Below are positions 48,141 through 59,347 of a DNA stretch of 64,000 nucleotides, piece by piece. Each line of letters opens with the position of its first letter. Within the stretch, counting starts at the first letter, position 1. Below the pieces are notes generated by a model. It did no database searches, was not told the origin of the DNA, and saw only the letters and a list, made by a program, of their open reading frames with translations. The DNA lies in sequence record LR756501.1; one strand, 5' to 3'. A program made the translations under genes and the position numbers.

Positions 48141-49541
48141 ATGGATAAATTTACTAACAAATACATAGGACACTTTGATATTCTGAAAAAAGCCATTCTC
48201 GGTTTCGAGTTTGAATTTTATACAGATAGAAGTTACTACAAACTCTTAGAACTACTTAACAGAGAACTTGCCCCTATCAAAGTCTGGGGTAAACGTAAAT
48301 ATCACTCCGACCAAGAAGTTGACGAATATAACTTCAAAATCGAACCTGATCTCTCTGGTGGTCCTAATATGGTAGAACTTATTACAGGTCCTATGCCTTA
48401 TAACAATGCTAAACTCATACTACTCAAAATTCTTAGTATATTACAAACCTACGCTAAAACTGACGATAAAACATCTATTCACATCAATATATCCTTTGAT
48501 AAAGACCTTAGTGATAAAACATTAGATCATCTTAATAAACTTAAACTCATCTTAAATACAGATGAAGAACTCATTTTCAAATTCTTCCCAACAAGAAAGG
48601 ATAACTTCTACTCAAAAAGTGTGAAAAGACTTATTCCATTTAAAGGGTACGACTACGTTAACGACGCTATCAATATCTTAATAAACAATATACAATTACC
48701 TGATACTAAATACTACGGTATAAACATTAAAGAAGCATATAACGGAAGACTTGAGTTCAGATATATTGGTGATAAAGATTATCAGTTTAAAACCAGAGAG
48801 ATAATGGAGTTAATGGATTATTTTATCTCACTAACTTGGAATAGTATAGATGAGGAACTTGACGACGAAGACATTGAACAATTAAGAAAGTTCTTAGAAG
48901 AAAATATAAATAACTTTAAAAACTTTACCAAACTTGAAAACTTTATAGCTGAATTTCCTACAATCCAACTGGAGGTGGATAAAGATGAAAGTTTTGTGGT
49001 CGTAAAATCTTATTATTCGAATATATACACAAAAATATATGATTTAGTAAAGAATATTTACAATTTGAATAACTGTTTAATAAATTGGGACACTGATAGT
49101 AAGATGTTAGAGTTAGTTGACGCAGATTTTCAGACTATATTTGATTTAAAGAATATAGGTATTATAGATAGTAACGCGGGTGGAGGTACTTATAATGATT
49201 GTACGTTCATCAACTGTGAAGTGAAGAACGCACATTTACATAATTGTACGTTATTGAGTTGTGATATTTATAATTGTAAGATGGAGAATACAAATGTGGA
49301 TCAATCTTGTATGTTAAAGAATTGTTATTTCTATGGGGGACGTATGGACGGGGAATTTTTATCTGGTGTCTTCCGTTCTGGTAAAGTTGGTGAATTTGGT
49401 GTTATAGGAGACGGTGTGAGAATTGTAACAGATATGGATTCATATTTCAATACGTCAATTGATCAGGAAGAAACTGATCAAAAGAAGAGTGCGGTAAAAC
49501 CAAAGAAACTTAATCCTTATAATAACCCAAGAAAGTTTTAA
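48141..49541 (+). CDS. Putative amidoligase-family protein with C-terminal pentapeptide-like repeats
   Basis: GFEFEF; IEPDLSG; ELITGP; TSIHINIS; KYYGIN; LEFRYIG. Confidence 0.7.
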   Translation: MDKFTNKYIGHFDILKKAILGFEFEFYTDRSYYKLLELLNRELAPIKVWGKRKYHSDQEVDEYNFKIEPDLSGGPNMVELITGPMPYNNAKLILLKILSILQTYAKTDDKTSIHINISFDKDLSDKTLDHLNKLKLILNTDEELIFKFFPTRKDNFYSKSVKRLIPFKGYDYVNDAINILINNIQLPDTKYYGINIKEAYNGRLEFRYIGDKDYQFKTREIMELMDYFISLTWNSIDEELDDEDIEQLRKFLEENINNFKNFTKLENFIAEFPTIQLEVDKDESFVVVKSYYSNIYTKIYDLVKNIYNLNNCLINWDTDSKMLELVDADFQTIFDLKNIGIIDSNAGGGTYNDCTFINCEVKNAHLHNCTLLSCDIYNCKMENTNVDQSCMLKNCYFYGGRMDGEFLSGVFRSGKVGEFGVIGDGVRIVTDMDSYFNTSIDQEETDQKKSAVKPKKLNPYNNPRKF

Positions 49542-50298
49542 ATTCGGAGTAATCTTTATTTATTATGATGATATAATTATATTTTTTCATAACCTCTTGT
49601 TTTTGATGATAGATTCTATCTTTGAATTTCTTAAACCAATACGAAGATTTTATTTCTACAATCATATTAAAATCAGGTAAATAGAAATCTGGATGATATA
49701 CTTTATTTATTCCCAACATGTTATATTTAATTGAAAATCCTCTTTCTATTTTAATTTTATCATAAAAATTATTTAAAAAATCTAGTTCATAACTGCCTTG
49801 ATAATAAATTTCCGTGTCTCTAAAATTTAATATTTTATTACCTGTGGTGAAAGCTTTTTTAAGAATATCGTGATTTTGACTAACATATTCAACACCATAC
49901 CTTTCGAAATTTGTATTTCTAATTATACCTTTTATACATTCATTTTGAAATCCGTTATCACATCCAAATCTACTTTTACATGTTTCTTTGTACTTATTCC
50001 TGTTATTGTAATTTTTATCACCGTGTATTTTTTCATTGGTATTTTGCGATTTTATATTTTTGCATTTGTTACACGTATAATAATTATCTGTTATTCTCAA
50101 ATATGTTCTATATTCCATTCTGTTGATTTTTCCACATATATCGCATTCAACATCAATAATTGAGTGATTACCTATGGATAAATCATCTACATCAACTTCT
50201 ATCTCTGTGTTCTTTTGTGGTATAAAATAACCTAAATCTCTGTAATGTTTCAAAGAAACTGCATTCACCTTCAATTTAACCTTTTCTGTTATTATCAT
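49510..50298 (-). CDS. Free-standing endonuclease (Zn ribbon plus PD-(D/E)XK)
   Basis: CDICG..CNKC; RYGVEYVSQ repeats; YHPDFYLPD.N.IVEIKS. Confidence 0.75.
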   Translation of the reverse strand: MIITEKVKLKVNAVSLKHYRDLGYFIPQKNTEIEVDVDDLSIGNHSIIDVECDICGKINRMEYRTYLRITDNYYTCNKCKNIKSQNTNEKIHGDKNYNNRNKYKETCKSRFGCDNGFQNECIKGIIRNTNFERYGVEYVSQNHDILKKAFTTGNKILNFRDTEIYYQGSYELDFLNNFYDKIKIERGFSIKYNMLGINKVYHPDFYLPDFNMIVEIKSSYWFKKFKDRIYHQKQEVMKKYNYIIIINKDYSEFKTFLGYYKD

Positions 50299-50519
50299 GT
50301 TTTATAGTTTTATCGTATATATAAAAATATTATAGTCATATTTTTCTACTTTTTCTACAAAATGGAAAAATATGACTTTTTCAACTTAATATATACGAAT
50401 AAAAAACATCATGGAAGAAATTACGTATAAGATAGAGATTATTGAACCTTTAACATTTGATGTTAAATTTGGTAAACCTTTTTACAATTTTAGCATAGAT
50501 ATAATAAAAATAAAAGACA

Positions 50520-50672
50520 ATGGCAGCGAAGAAGAAGAATGTAAAAGTCTTTTTTACAATGGATGAAGAGACATACAAAGAATTTGAAAAGTATGTTGAT
50601 GATAATATATTAGATAAATCCAAGCTCATAGAGAAATTGATTATCAAATATTTAGAAGAAAATAAAAAATAA
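50520..50672 (+). CDS. Ribbon-helix-helix small regulator (50 aa)
   Basis: Missing from ORF track; VFFTMDEETYKEFEKY...KSKLIEKLIIKYL. Confidence 0.65.
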   Translation: MAAKKKNVKVFFTMDEETYKEFEKYVDDNILDKSKLIEKLIIKYLEENKK

Positions 50673-50680
50673 TATTTATT

Positions 50681-52135
50681 ATGAAATTTAATAACGTAAA
50701 GGAACTTATAGAATATAGTCAAGATTTTGAACATTCAAAAGATCTCTTCAAGGAAGAAGGTGTAGTTTTCACAGACAAAAATATTTGTGATAATATAATA
50801 AAAAGATTAAGACCAACCATAAAAGAGAGGATATGTGAACCATCTGTCGGTAGGGGAGCTTTCGTGTTTAATTTATTAGAATATTTTTCCCATCTTGGTC
50901 ACAATATAAATGAAATCGTTGAATTTACAGAAAATAATTTATTTTGTTATGAAACTAACCCGAATATTTTCAACGAATTTAAAACCCTATTATCTAATTA
51001 TTTTAAAATATATGGTTACGATGACTTGAAAATGAAAAACATATTCAATTCAGACTTTTTAAAATCTGATGAAAATTTTGATGTTAGTCTTGGAAATCCT
51101 CCTTATATTAGAATTCAAAACTTGGATAAAGATTATTTGGAAAATTTGAAGAAAAAATTTAAGAGTATAACTCTTGGAAATGTTGATATTTATTATGCCT
51201 TTTTAGAAAAATGTTTAAAAAATTCAAAAAGAATGGGATTTATAGTACCTAATTCTTTTTTCAAGAATAAATCTGGAAAATATCTGAGAGATATATTGAA
51301 TGATAGAGTGGATTATATCTTTGATTTTGGAACTTATAAAGTGTGGCGAAAAGTGTCCACTTATACATGTATAATTATTTGTAATGAAAAAAATGTAGAT
51401 ACTGTTACATATGAGACTAAGAATAAAAAAATCGAAGTTGTTAAAAAAGATGTTATTCATAACAATAAATGGATTTTTACTAAGCGAGAGAAAAGTGATA
51501 GAAAATTGGATAATATGATTCTGAGCATGAGTGGAGGTTTAGCTACATTAAAAGATAGCGTATTTAAAATGGATAAATATGATGATAATTATTGTTACAA
51601 AGGGGATTTCAAAATTGAAAAAAGAGCCTGTCAAAAATATGTGAAAGCCACTAAAACTAAAGATTATGTTTATAACTATATAATATATCCGTATATAATA
51701 TCAGATATTATGAATGAAGATTTTTTGATGAAAAATTATCCACTTTGTTATAAATATTTGTTATCAGTGAAAATAGAACTATCTAAAAGAGATAAAGGTA
51801 AAACTGAAAAGTACCCATCTTGGTATGCTTATGGTAGAAAACAAGGACTATTAAAATCCTATGAAGGTTCAAAATATATATTACCATTAATGTTTTTAAA
51901 AGATAATGGTCTCCATATCATAGAAGTTCCAAACAACGAGGATGTTCTGGTGTTATCTGGGATAATGGTTGAAATAAAAGAGGGACACGAGGAACAATTT
52001 AAAAAAATTGTACAGTCTGAAGAATTCTATGAATACTGCGAAGCTAATAATAAGGTACTAAGTGATAGTAATAAAAATGAAGATGGATTATGGATAAGCT
52101 TAACTACAACTAGCATGAGAGATTATACATATTAA
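50681..52135 (+). CDS. Type II N6-adenine DNA methyltransferase (gamma class)
   Basis: GVVFT; CEPSVGRGAF; GNPPYIRIQ; DIYYAF; TRD-like WYAYGRKQG. Confidence 0.92.
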   Translation: MKFNNVKELIEYSQDFEHSKDLFKEEGVVFTDKNICDNIIKRLRPTIKERICEPSVGRGAFVFNLLEYFSHLGHNINEIVEFTENNLFCYETNPNIFNEFKTLLSNYFKIYGYDDLKMKNIFNSDFLKSDENFDVSLGNPPYIRIQNLDKDYLENLKKKFKSITLGNVDIYYAFLEKCLKNSKRMGFIVPNSFFKNKSGKYLRDILNDRVDYIFDFGTYKVWRKVSTYTCIIICNEKNVDTVTYETKNKKIEVVKKDVIHNNKWIFTKREKSDRKLDNMILSMSGGLATLKDSVFKMDKYDDNYCYKGDFKIEKRACQKYVKATKTKDYVYNYIIYPYIISDIMNEDFLMKNYPLCYKYLLSVKIELSKRDKGKTEKYPSWYAYGRKQGLLKSYEGSKYILPLMFLKDNGLHIIEVPNNEDVLVLSGIMVEIKEGHEEQFKKIVQSEEFYEYCEANNKVLSDSNKNEDGLWISLTTTSMRDYTY

Positions 52136-52165
52136 TGAAAAACCAGCCATGTGGCTGGTTTTTAT

Positions 52166-52861
52166 TTATGATACTAGTGATAAATAAAAATTATAAAGAT
52201 CATTAATATTATATATTGAATCCACATATTTAATTTCTTTACTGGCCTTTTTATTTCTAACTGCCTCAATAAAATTATCATTGGTTGTATAAAATATACA
52301 AAAATTTTGGAATTTATTGATCTTATCTTCTACTTTTATTTCTTTTTCGAAGAAAAAAGGTACGTTATCGTGTGCTTTTAAAACGTTTTCTGGCATCCAT
52401 TCCCCCTTCACTTTATTTAAAGTTTTAGTTGGTTGGAAAATAAATCCAACTGCTTTTTTAAAATTATAATTATCATTAAGTGAATTTGATAAAAACGCCA
52501 TCACAGAATCAGAGTAAACATGTTCAAAATTATTATTCTTATTTTTATTTATACTCTGAGATGGAAACATGAAACTAACATACGTTGAAATCCCATCGTT
52601 ATCAGTTACAATAAGATCTGCTTTTTTTGTCCCAAAAAGAGTCTTAATCTTTTTTTCAAATTCTAGAGTTTTATTGTCTGTTAGTATTTTATTGAACAAA
52701 TCGGACATAAAAGAAGTTCTCTTATTCGATCTAACTGCTGTTTCATTCAGAAGAGTATGGTAAACTAACTCATTAGCTGCATCAATAAAAATGGTAGATA
52801 TCTCATCCTTAGTCAAAATTACATTAGACCCACCTTTCAATATGTTTTTAACTTTTGCCAT
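52166..52861 (-). CDS. Possible (degenerate) type II restriction endonuclease
   Basis: Convergent with the MTase; KKADLIV..D...YVSFMF...NNNFE resembles a PD-(D/E)XK core with K replaced by M. Confidence 0.4.
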   Translation of the reverse strand: MAKVKNILKGGSNVILTKDEISTIFIDAANELVYHTLLNETAVRSNKRTSFMSDLFNKILTDNKTLEFEKKIKTLFGTKKADLIVTDNDGISTYVSFMFPSQSINKNKNNNFEHVYSDSVMAFLSNSLNDNYNFKKAVGFIFQPTKTLNKVKGEWMPENVLKAHDNVPFFFEKEIKVEDKINKFQNFCIFYTTNDNFIEAVRNKKASKEIKYVDSIYNINDLYNFYLSLVS

Positions 52862-52984
52862 TTTTTATAGTTTTATAACACAAAATTACCAATAAATAGT
52901 GAATTAAAAAAATAATATAGACAAAACTTTTGAAAAATTTAATGAATCTGACCGTTAGATATTTACCAAAAGATAAATTCAAAA

Positions 52985-53191
52985 TCAAATAAAATAAACA
53001 AAAATCCCATTGTGTTTGCGTCTTTTAATTGTCCCGCTTTTCCACAATCTTGTCAATTCTGAAGAACATGAATATTTTGGTGTCGCACCGCCTCTTGGTG
53101 GGGTCCAACCAGTTTCAATAACGATGTTATAAATTTCCCATACAGTATAACAATTATTTCCTTCTAATATGTTCATTATCAATTTTCTCAT
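52985..53191 (-). CDS. Small winged-helix (HARE-HTH-like) protein
   Basis: EIY......W..RGGATP..S.SSEL. Confidence 0.5.
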   Translation of the reverse strand: MRKLIMNILEGNNCYTVWEIYNIVIETGWTPPRGGATPKYSCSSELTRLWKSGTIKRRKHNGIFVYFI

Positions 53192-53300
53192 TTTGCATCT
53201 CCTTTTTAGTTTTAATGTTTGTTGTATATGGTCTTATATCAAAATATAAATGCAAAGTTTAAATTTTAAACAAAAATCCCCTCAAATTGAGGGGATTTTT

Positions 53301-54206
53301 TTATTTTATAAAAATTTCACCTGAGCTTTCTTTACTAGATTTAGCAATATAAATCTTGTTTGTCTTTTGATGTCTATTATAGATATCTCTTATCTGTTCT
53401 AAGGATTGGTCAACAGTATTACATTTATTCACCAAATCACTATATGTTTTTAATTGATGTAATAAATGTCCTTCGTCAAATAATGGGGTATTATATAAGA
53501 TATTCAAAGCTTTAACATAATACCTTTTACCCGCTTCTATTACTAGATTTTTTATTGTTTCATCTTTTTCAGTAAATTGTTCCAAATCAGATAGTCTTCT
53601 ATCCATGTATTCGAAATCTTTTTCATCAAATCCTAATTTACCATTTTTAAAAATAGGGAATCCAATATTTTGTTTTCTTTCTTTATTGCTATTTAAAATA
53701 AAAAATAAAAGTTCGTGTTCAAAATTGAACTTGGTAAATATTATTTTATATAATAAATAATTTGGGTTTCCTCTTGCTGCCTCTGAGATCATAAATCCAT
53801 TTACATCCCACTCTTTAGATGCTGTATTCATTCTAATAATAACATCTAAGGCTTTATTGACTTCTTTCATATCAATAGTTTTATCTATAACATATGATAT
53901 AGGAAGACCTTCCATCTTACAGGCTTCGTATCTATGTTGACCGTCAATAATTTTTAACGGTGTACTGCTTCCATCATCAAATGCACAGATGATAGCATTA
54001 GTTTCAACATACCCTTTTTTAATTGAATTTTGAATCTTTTTAAGATTGGATGGATCTATATTTCTGTTACCGTTTATAAATCCGAAAAGATTGTAATTTT
54101 TTGTTTTAAAAATTGTTGCGACTTCCTCTTTGGTATCAAGCAACGTTTCGTTTAAATTAATCATAGCTTCACATTTTCTTTTTATTCGCTTTGTTAACCC
54201 CTTCAT
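53301..54206 (-). CDS. ParB/Srx-like N-terminal domain protein
   Basis: GNRNID...KKI..SI; IIDGQHRYEA...GLPI; N....W. Confidence 0.75.
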   Translation of the reverse strand: MKGLTKRIKRKCEAMINLNETLLDTKEEVATIFKTKNYNLFGFINGNRNIDPSNLKKIQNSIKKGYVETNAIICAFDDGSSTPLKIIDGQHRYEACKMEGLPISYVIDKTIDMKEVNKALDVIIRMNTASKEWDVNGFMISEAARGNPNYLLYKIIFTKFNFEHELLFFILNSNKERKQNIGFPIFKNGKLGFDEKDFEYMDRRLSDLEQFTEKDETIKNLVIEAGKRYYVKALNILYNTPLFDEGHLLHQLKTYSDLVNKCNTVDQSLEQIRDIYNRHQKTNKIYIAKSSKESSGEIFIK

Positions 54207-54629
54207 GGCGATTAACCGAATCTAAAACTTGCAAGTTTGTATTTATAAAGAAGAATTTAACAAAAGTTTAAAAACTCCACATAATTTTTTTAATATATAG
54301 AAGAACTATGGCATCAGTAAAAGAATGTTTAAGAAGATTAACGGAGCAGAACGTGGACATGACAGTTAATAAGCACGTCAAATACCTTATAGAAAACGTA
54401 GAAGAACCACAACTTCTATTTAAATTATCTTCCCACTCTGGTATAAAGATTGATAATAACATAATCAACCTTTGGTACAATCCAGGTATAGGTTTCCAGT
54501 GTGATAATATGTTTAGAGAACGTTACGGAAGATTACCTCTTTGTAATTATATTGAAAGGTTCCTCAACGAAGAAATAAGAAAAGTTTAACCTTCCCTTTA
54601 TTAATATATAGGAAGAAAACAGGTTAAAT

Positions 54630-56630
54630 TTGTCCCCAATATTTAAGTGTGTATTAATGAGTGGTACTACTGTTCTTCATTTAACTGAAATGGAGGAGGT
54701 AACTACTGGTAGAACAGCAACCGAACATAATGTTTATTTAACAGATCCAAGTATAGTATATAATGAGTGTTTTACAGAAGGTCCTTATTTTTATTCAACT
54801 GGTGTAACTGATTATCCAAGTTTAATGTCTATTGGAATTTTAACTGCTACAACATCGGTGACTATTGGGGCTTATGTTATAGATTGGCATTTGGGTTCGC
54901 CTTGGGGAGCTATTGTTTTGATTAGTGGCGATGATTTTGCTTCTGATCCAAGTATTCAAGTTGAACACCCATTTACGAATATACCAGTACCAGGAGGGAC
55001 TTTATATCCAGTAATAAGGTGGGTTTATTTCAATGGTGTACAATATTCATCTGTTTTAACTGCTGGTATGAGTTACAGTCCAGATTTATATGAATGTTTG
55101 GATCCAGTAACAGTTAAACAATTGACTTGTTATAACGGGGTAAATCCAGCACCAGGGGCTTCCGCTGATAACAATTATAATTTTTACACATCTAATTATG
55201 TAGGTGTAAATCCTACATATACGTCACAATTCCATTATAGTTATACTACATCAGTGGTCAGTGACGCCACAAAGACAATAAGTTTTATATTAAATACTGG
55301 TGGTACAACAAAATATTTAGCTTGGTATTTTAAAGGATATACAATCGCAGATACCGTAAAAATATCATATGTTAATATAGTAACTATGGCGGAAACTGTT
55401 TTAACTAATTGGTTTATTGGGTCTAACATCACAACAGATTATACTTCTAATCCGAAGAAATTTGCTTCTCAATATATGCAATCTGTAATATGTTTGATTG
55501 GATTTACATATAACACTGGTGATTATCTAAAAATTGAAATTACGCCAAATGCTGTAAATCCGTCCACCGACTGGGACTTTTATACTGTTTGTATGTCTGG
55601 TTTTACGTGTACTAATTTCCCCTACGGTTATAATATTATAAATAATTCTACTATTACAATGACTGGTGTAACAGGTGCAGATCAACTTTGTAGTTATACG
55701 GCCAGTGTAAGTACTTTTTCTGGTTACACTGGATCAGCCGCGTTAGATTTTTTCAAATATTACGCTGGTTTCGCTTGTGGATTAAATGGTGGACCTTATA
55801 ATAACCCTATAACCATGAATTTTTATATAGGAACAGGTTATACACAGGGAACAGTAGGTAATGACGCCACTTGTTACGTTCAAACAAACTCAGTATCAAT
55901 TAATCATACTGGAACTGGAACAACTCTGGTATTTCAGGATAGTGGCGATTATAACATTTATAGAAATTCGTATCTCACTACAACAGGAGCAACGAATATG
56001 AACAATTACGTTACAGGGAACACTTTTGTAAATTATTACAAAATGATAGTTTTATATGTTAGGAGTGGTACAACATGTGGTGATAATCCGCTAACACAGA
56101 CAGTATATTTCCATTATTCTTCGCCAGTCACATTTAATGACGTATCAAAAACAATTTCAATTAAATCATTAACAGGTATAACTAACGGATTATTATCTGG
56201 TGTAACTTGCAATAACTTACACTACGTTGGTGATATTTTATTATCAAGCATTGATAATTCAAATGGATCACTTAGTAATTTTAATTGGCCATCCACGAGT
56301 TTAAGACACGGTGCCCCTTTCTTTGGTCAGTACATAAGTTCAACACCAACATATTATAATCAAACAGAAGCAACCGCTGAATATTACCAGACAATTCACC
56401 CCACAATTATCAACGGTGTATGTAGCATGTCTGATTGGGTTGTTCTATCAGGTGCCACATTCAACGGTGGTACCATTGACGGATATTACACGAAATTTAA
56501 ATGTAGATTGAAAGCAGTTATAACAAATACATCAGACCCAGTAAATAACTGGCAATTATTTAACGGTCTAGATACAAATGGTTATCCCACAGCAACTTGG
56601 CCAGTTACGCCAATCTTTAGCATTCCTTAA
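54630..56630 (+). CDS. Probable virion structural protein (T/G/S/N/Y-rich)
   Basis: Beta-strand-rich composition with recurring SG.T motifs; TATATA motif upstream. Confidence 0.5.
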   Translation: MSPIFKCVLMSGTTVLHLTEMEEVTTGRTATEHNVYLTDPSIVYNECFTEGPYFYSTGVTDYPSLMSIGILTATTSVTIGAYVIDWHLGSPWGAIVLISGDDFASDPSIQVEHPFTNIPVPGGTLYPVIRWVYFNGVQYSSVLTAGMSYSPDLYECLDPVTVKQLTCYNGVNPAPGASADNNYNFYTSNYVGVNPTYTSQFHYSYTTSVVSDATKTISFILNTGGTTKYLAWYFKGYTIADTVKISYVNIVTMAETVLTNWFIGSNITTDYTSNPKKFASQYMQSVICLIGFTYNTGDYLKIEITPNAVNPSTDWDFYTVCMSGFTCTNFPYGYNIINNSTITMTGVTGADQLCSYTASVSTFSGYTGSAALDFFKYYAGFACGLNGGPYNNPITMNFYIGTGYTQGTVGNDATCYVQTNSVSINHTGTGTTLVFQDSGDYNIYRNSYLTTTGATNMNNYVTGNTFVNYYKMIVLYVRSGTTCGDNPLTQTVYFHYSSPVTFNDVSKTISIKSLTGITNGLLSGVTCNNLHYVGDILLSSIDNSNGSLSNFNWPSTSLRHGAPFFGQYISSTPTYYNQTEATAEYYQTIHPTIINGVCSMSDWVVLSGATFNGGTIDGYYTKFKCRLKAVITNTSDPVNNWQLFNGLDTNGYPTATWPVTPIFSIP

Positions 56631-57331
56631 CCCCTTGTTGAAGTCGTGCCAACTACTTCACGTGTATCCCACCAGTTAGGCTCATCTGGTGGCATTTCCT
56701 CTCTTGGCTCATCAATTTGTTCTTCATCTATAGCCTGTGGATCAGCGTAATATCTAGGTTGAGAAACTTTCAATTTAGCTTCGTCATAAGGACTTTTTGA
56801 TTTCCTCGGTTTATCTTGTTCAAATCCCTTGAAATCCTTGAATTTTTCCCTGAACTCTGAAAATTCGTTTTCAAATACGTCAATAGGAATTTGGTGAGTT
56901 AAGTCAGGATAAAGTTTAATCTGAGCGTCTTCGTACTTAAACTCTTTCAACATCTTGATACACCTTTTAACATCCACTTCTTCGTCTTTCAAAGAGAATA
57001 TAAACTGTTTACTGTAATCATCGTTATTAGTGGAGTTACTATTAGGTTTAAGTTCTCCACCACTTTTCGAAAAGAAAGCAGGATTAATCAATAAGGCAGG
57101 ACAACGAACAATGTTGGAAATATGGAAACCCATATATCCACCAAGGGAAGTACCTACGATTAAAGTAGGATTGCTACTACCAAATAATTCATTGGCGTAG
57201 GCACTAATCAAGTTCCTGTGGTTCGTGTAATCAATTTCGGGGTAATAAACTTCGTCACCAAACTTAGAAAGAATCTTGTGTTTGACTTCGTTAAAATGTC
57301 CACCCCAACCGTGAAAATAAGCTATTCTCAT
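56627..57331 (-). CDS. YqiA/YcfP-like alpha/beta hydrolase
   Basis: YFHGWGG; GTSLGG nucleophile elbow; LINPA; DE.VD; HQ. Confidence 0.85.
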   Translation of the reverse strand: MRIAYFHGWGGHFNEVKHKILSKFGDEVYYPEIDYTNHRNLISAYANELFGSSNPTLIVGTSLGGYMGFHISNIVRCPALLINPAFFSKSGGELKPNSNSTNNDDYSKQFIFSLKDEEVDVKRCIKMLKEFKYEDAQIKLYPDLTHQIPIDVFENEFSEFREKFKDFKGFEQDKPRKSKSPYDEAKLKVSQPRYYADPQAIDEEQIDEPREEMPPDEPNWWDTREVVGTTSTRG

Positions 57332-57343
57332 ATTTTTTTATAA

Positions 57344-58106
57344 TTATACATTTAAGAAAGGATAAGCCCAAAGAATTAAATATTTACCAGTGAAAAATGT
57401 GATAATTGCGGCTACAATCAGTAGTATCGCACTCAACCAAAGAGCAAGATCAGTATCTGGTTTATTAAAACCACTCCAAATTTTTCTCATTGCCCAATTC
57501 ACAAGATGTTGAACTGCAATGAGAATACAAATTAAACAAACTATAGCGAAACCTTGCATATTAAATTTTATTAAGGATTGAATCAATTGTGCCTAAATCG
57601 TAATCTGAAAGAGAGTTAAACCACTCATCTTCACACTCATCAAGAAGAACACCACATTTCTTATCTGATCTTCCGTTCTTTAAAAGAGGATAAACCATTT
57701 TGGTTTTCGAATCAATTGAACAACCAACAGAAATTAATTTATAAACCATATTTTTTGTTTTTAAACTGTTTAATCGGACGAGTTACCTAGTGCATCTTTG
57801 GGGAGGGCTCTCACCCCTATCGTACAACGTCATATCTAAATAAAGAGAAGATGTAAAAAAGTTATATAATAAACTATTGTGATAATAATAGCAGTTATAG
57901 TAAATTTCCAATTTATTTTCATATTATAGTTTTTAGAAAACAACTTTTTTGTTATCTTTTCTGTTATAAGCTTTCTTGTTTTTGAAAACTTTGTGGGTTG
58001 CAACAAAACCATTACCTAACCCCATTTCTCTATCGGCAATTTTCACGGCTTTGATGTAATCCATTACACCGAAGGTGACTTTGTTGGTATTTTTAGTGTT
58101 TTTCAT
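57344..58106 (-). CDS. Small hypothetical proteins (57344-57586, 57561-57749, 57933-58106)
   Basis: ORFs; 57933-58106 is missing from the ORF track. Confidence 0.5.
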
Positions 58107-58261
58107 TGTCGTAAGTTTTTTAATAGGGTTATTGTCTTAATTTGATAACACAAAGATACGACAATCCCGTTAGATAAAAAAATAATTTGAAAAAAATTCA
58201 AACTTTTTATTATCCCGTAATCCCTTATATATATGAAAAATTTATTTGTTTTTTTCTATTT

Positions 58262-59347
58262 TTATCTCGCCCACCTTGGTGTCCCAATAGGTCCTTCCTT
58301 TGGTTTAGATTTAGGCTTCTTACCCTTCTCTGATATAGTATGTGCCTTGTACATCAAATCATTTAACTCTTCCATAGAAGTTGCCCTCTTACAATCCTCG
58401 TAAGCGTCGTAAACATCAGCAAACCTATCCTCCCAATCTAATGTGTTTGGCATACTCCTTATCATTACCTTAATCGCATCCAATGTATATTTTCTGTAAT
58501 CCTCTAAATCATCAGCCACAAGTAATTCATGTGTCTTAGGCTTCCCTTCAATAGTTTTAGTGAAATTATCTAAATCATTAACATTCTTTTGATTAAGAAA
58601 AGGAGATTCAAACTTCCTGCCTAGATATTTCTTATTTAATTTTTGAATAAGAGCAACTAGTGCTGGGTATTCTTTTAAAGATACGCTTTTAATTACAGTA
58701 GTATTGTGTGATATGTTGCCTGATTTATTCTCAGTTTTAAGTAGTACTCTAAGTATATTATCTTCTTTTATTTCAGATTCGTCACAAGATCTAACAGAAA
58801 AAACTAACCCTTTAAGTTTTGTTAAAGCGTGTTTACAAATGAAAGTGGCAACGTGTTTATCGTGATAAGTATCTTCCCAATTTAACTTACCTTCTTCCGT
58901 GTGTTTAGTGAGCATGGACAAGAGTTTCAGATTCTTTAATTTCTCTGAACGTTCTTTGCCTTCCACGTCGTTTGTAAAAAATTCGTTCAAAACGCTTTCA
59001 TTTAAATACTTAACATCCCCGTCTCTGTGTTTTTTATTAAGAGCGTCAATGAGATCGTAAAGTAACGGTTGAGTTCTAATTGTTAAAAGTGCGACTAATG
59101 TTTCTCTCTCTTTTTCCCCCATTACTCCTTGTAATGTAACAGGACCAAATGTTATAGATAAGTCAGATTGATATTTCTCCCTTTTTGAAGTTACCGTGAA
59201 TGTAAGATTCTTCTTATCTGTGACTTTTTTAATATATTTGAAGACTAATTTATCACTAGTCTCAATAGTATTCCACCACCTAATCTCTCTGGATTCAGTC
59301 TTCTTTATTAGTTCTCTTACAACCTGTCTAGTATTTTCAATTGGCAT
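58262..59347 (-). CDS. Hypothetical protein with a tandemly duplicated domain
   Basis: LIKKTESREIRW / LTKHTEEGKLNW repeats. Confidence 0.65.
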   Translation of the reverse strand: MPIENTRQVVRELIKKTESREIRWWNTIETSDKLVFKYIKKVTDKKNLTFTVTSKREKYQSDLSITFGPVTLQGVMGEKERETLVALLTIRTQPLLYDLIDALNKKHRDGDVKYLNESVLNEFFTNDVEGKERSEKLKNLKLLSMLTKHTEEGKLNWEDTYHDKHVATFICKHALTKLKGLVFSVRSCDESEIKEDNILRVLLKTENKSGNISHNTTVIKSVSLKEYPALVALIQKLNKKYLGRKFESPFLNQKNVNDLDNFTKTIEGKPKTHELLVADDLEDYRKYTLDAIKVMIRSMPNTLDWEDRFADVYDAYEDCKRATSMEELNDLMYKAHTISEKGKKPKSKPKEGPIGTPRWAR

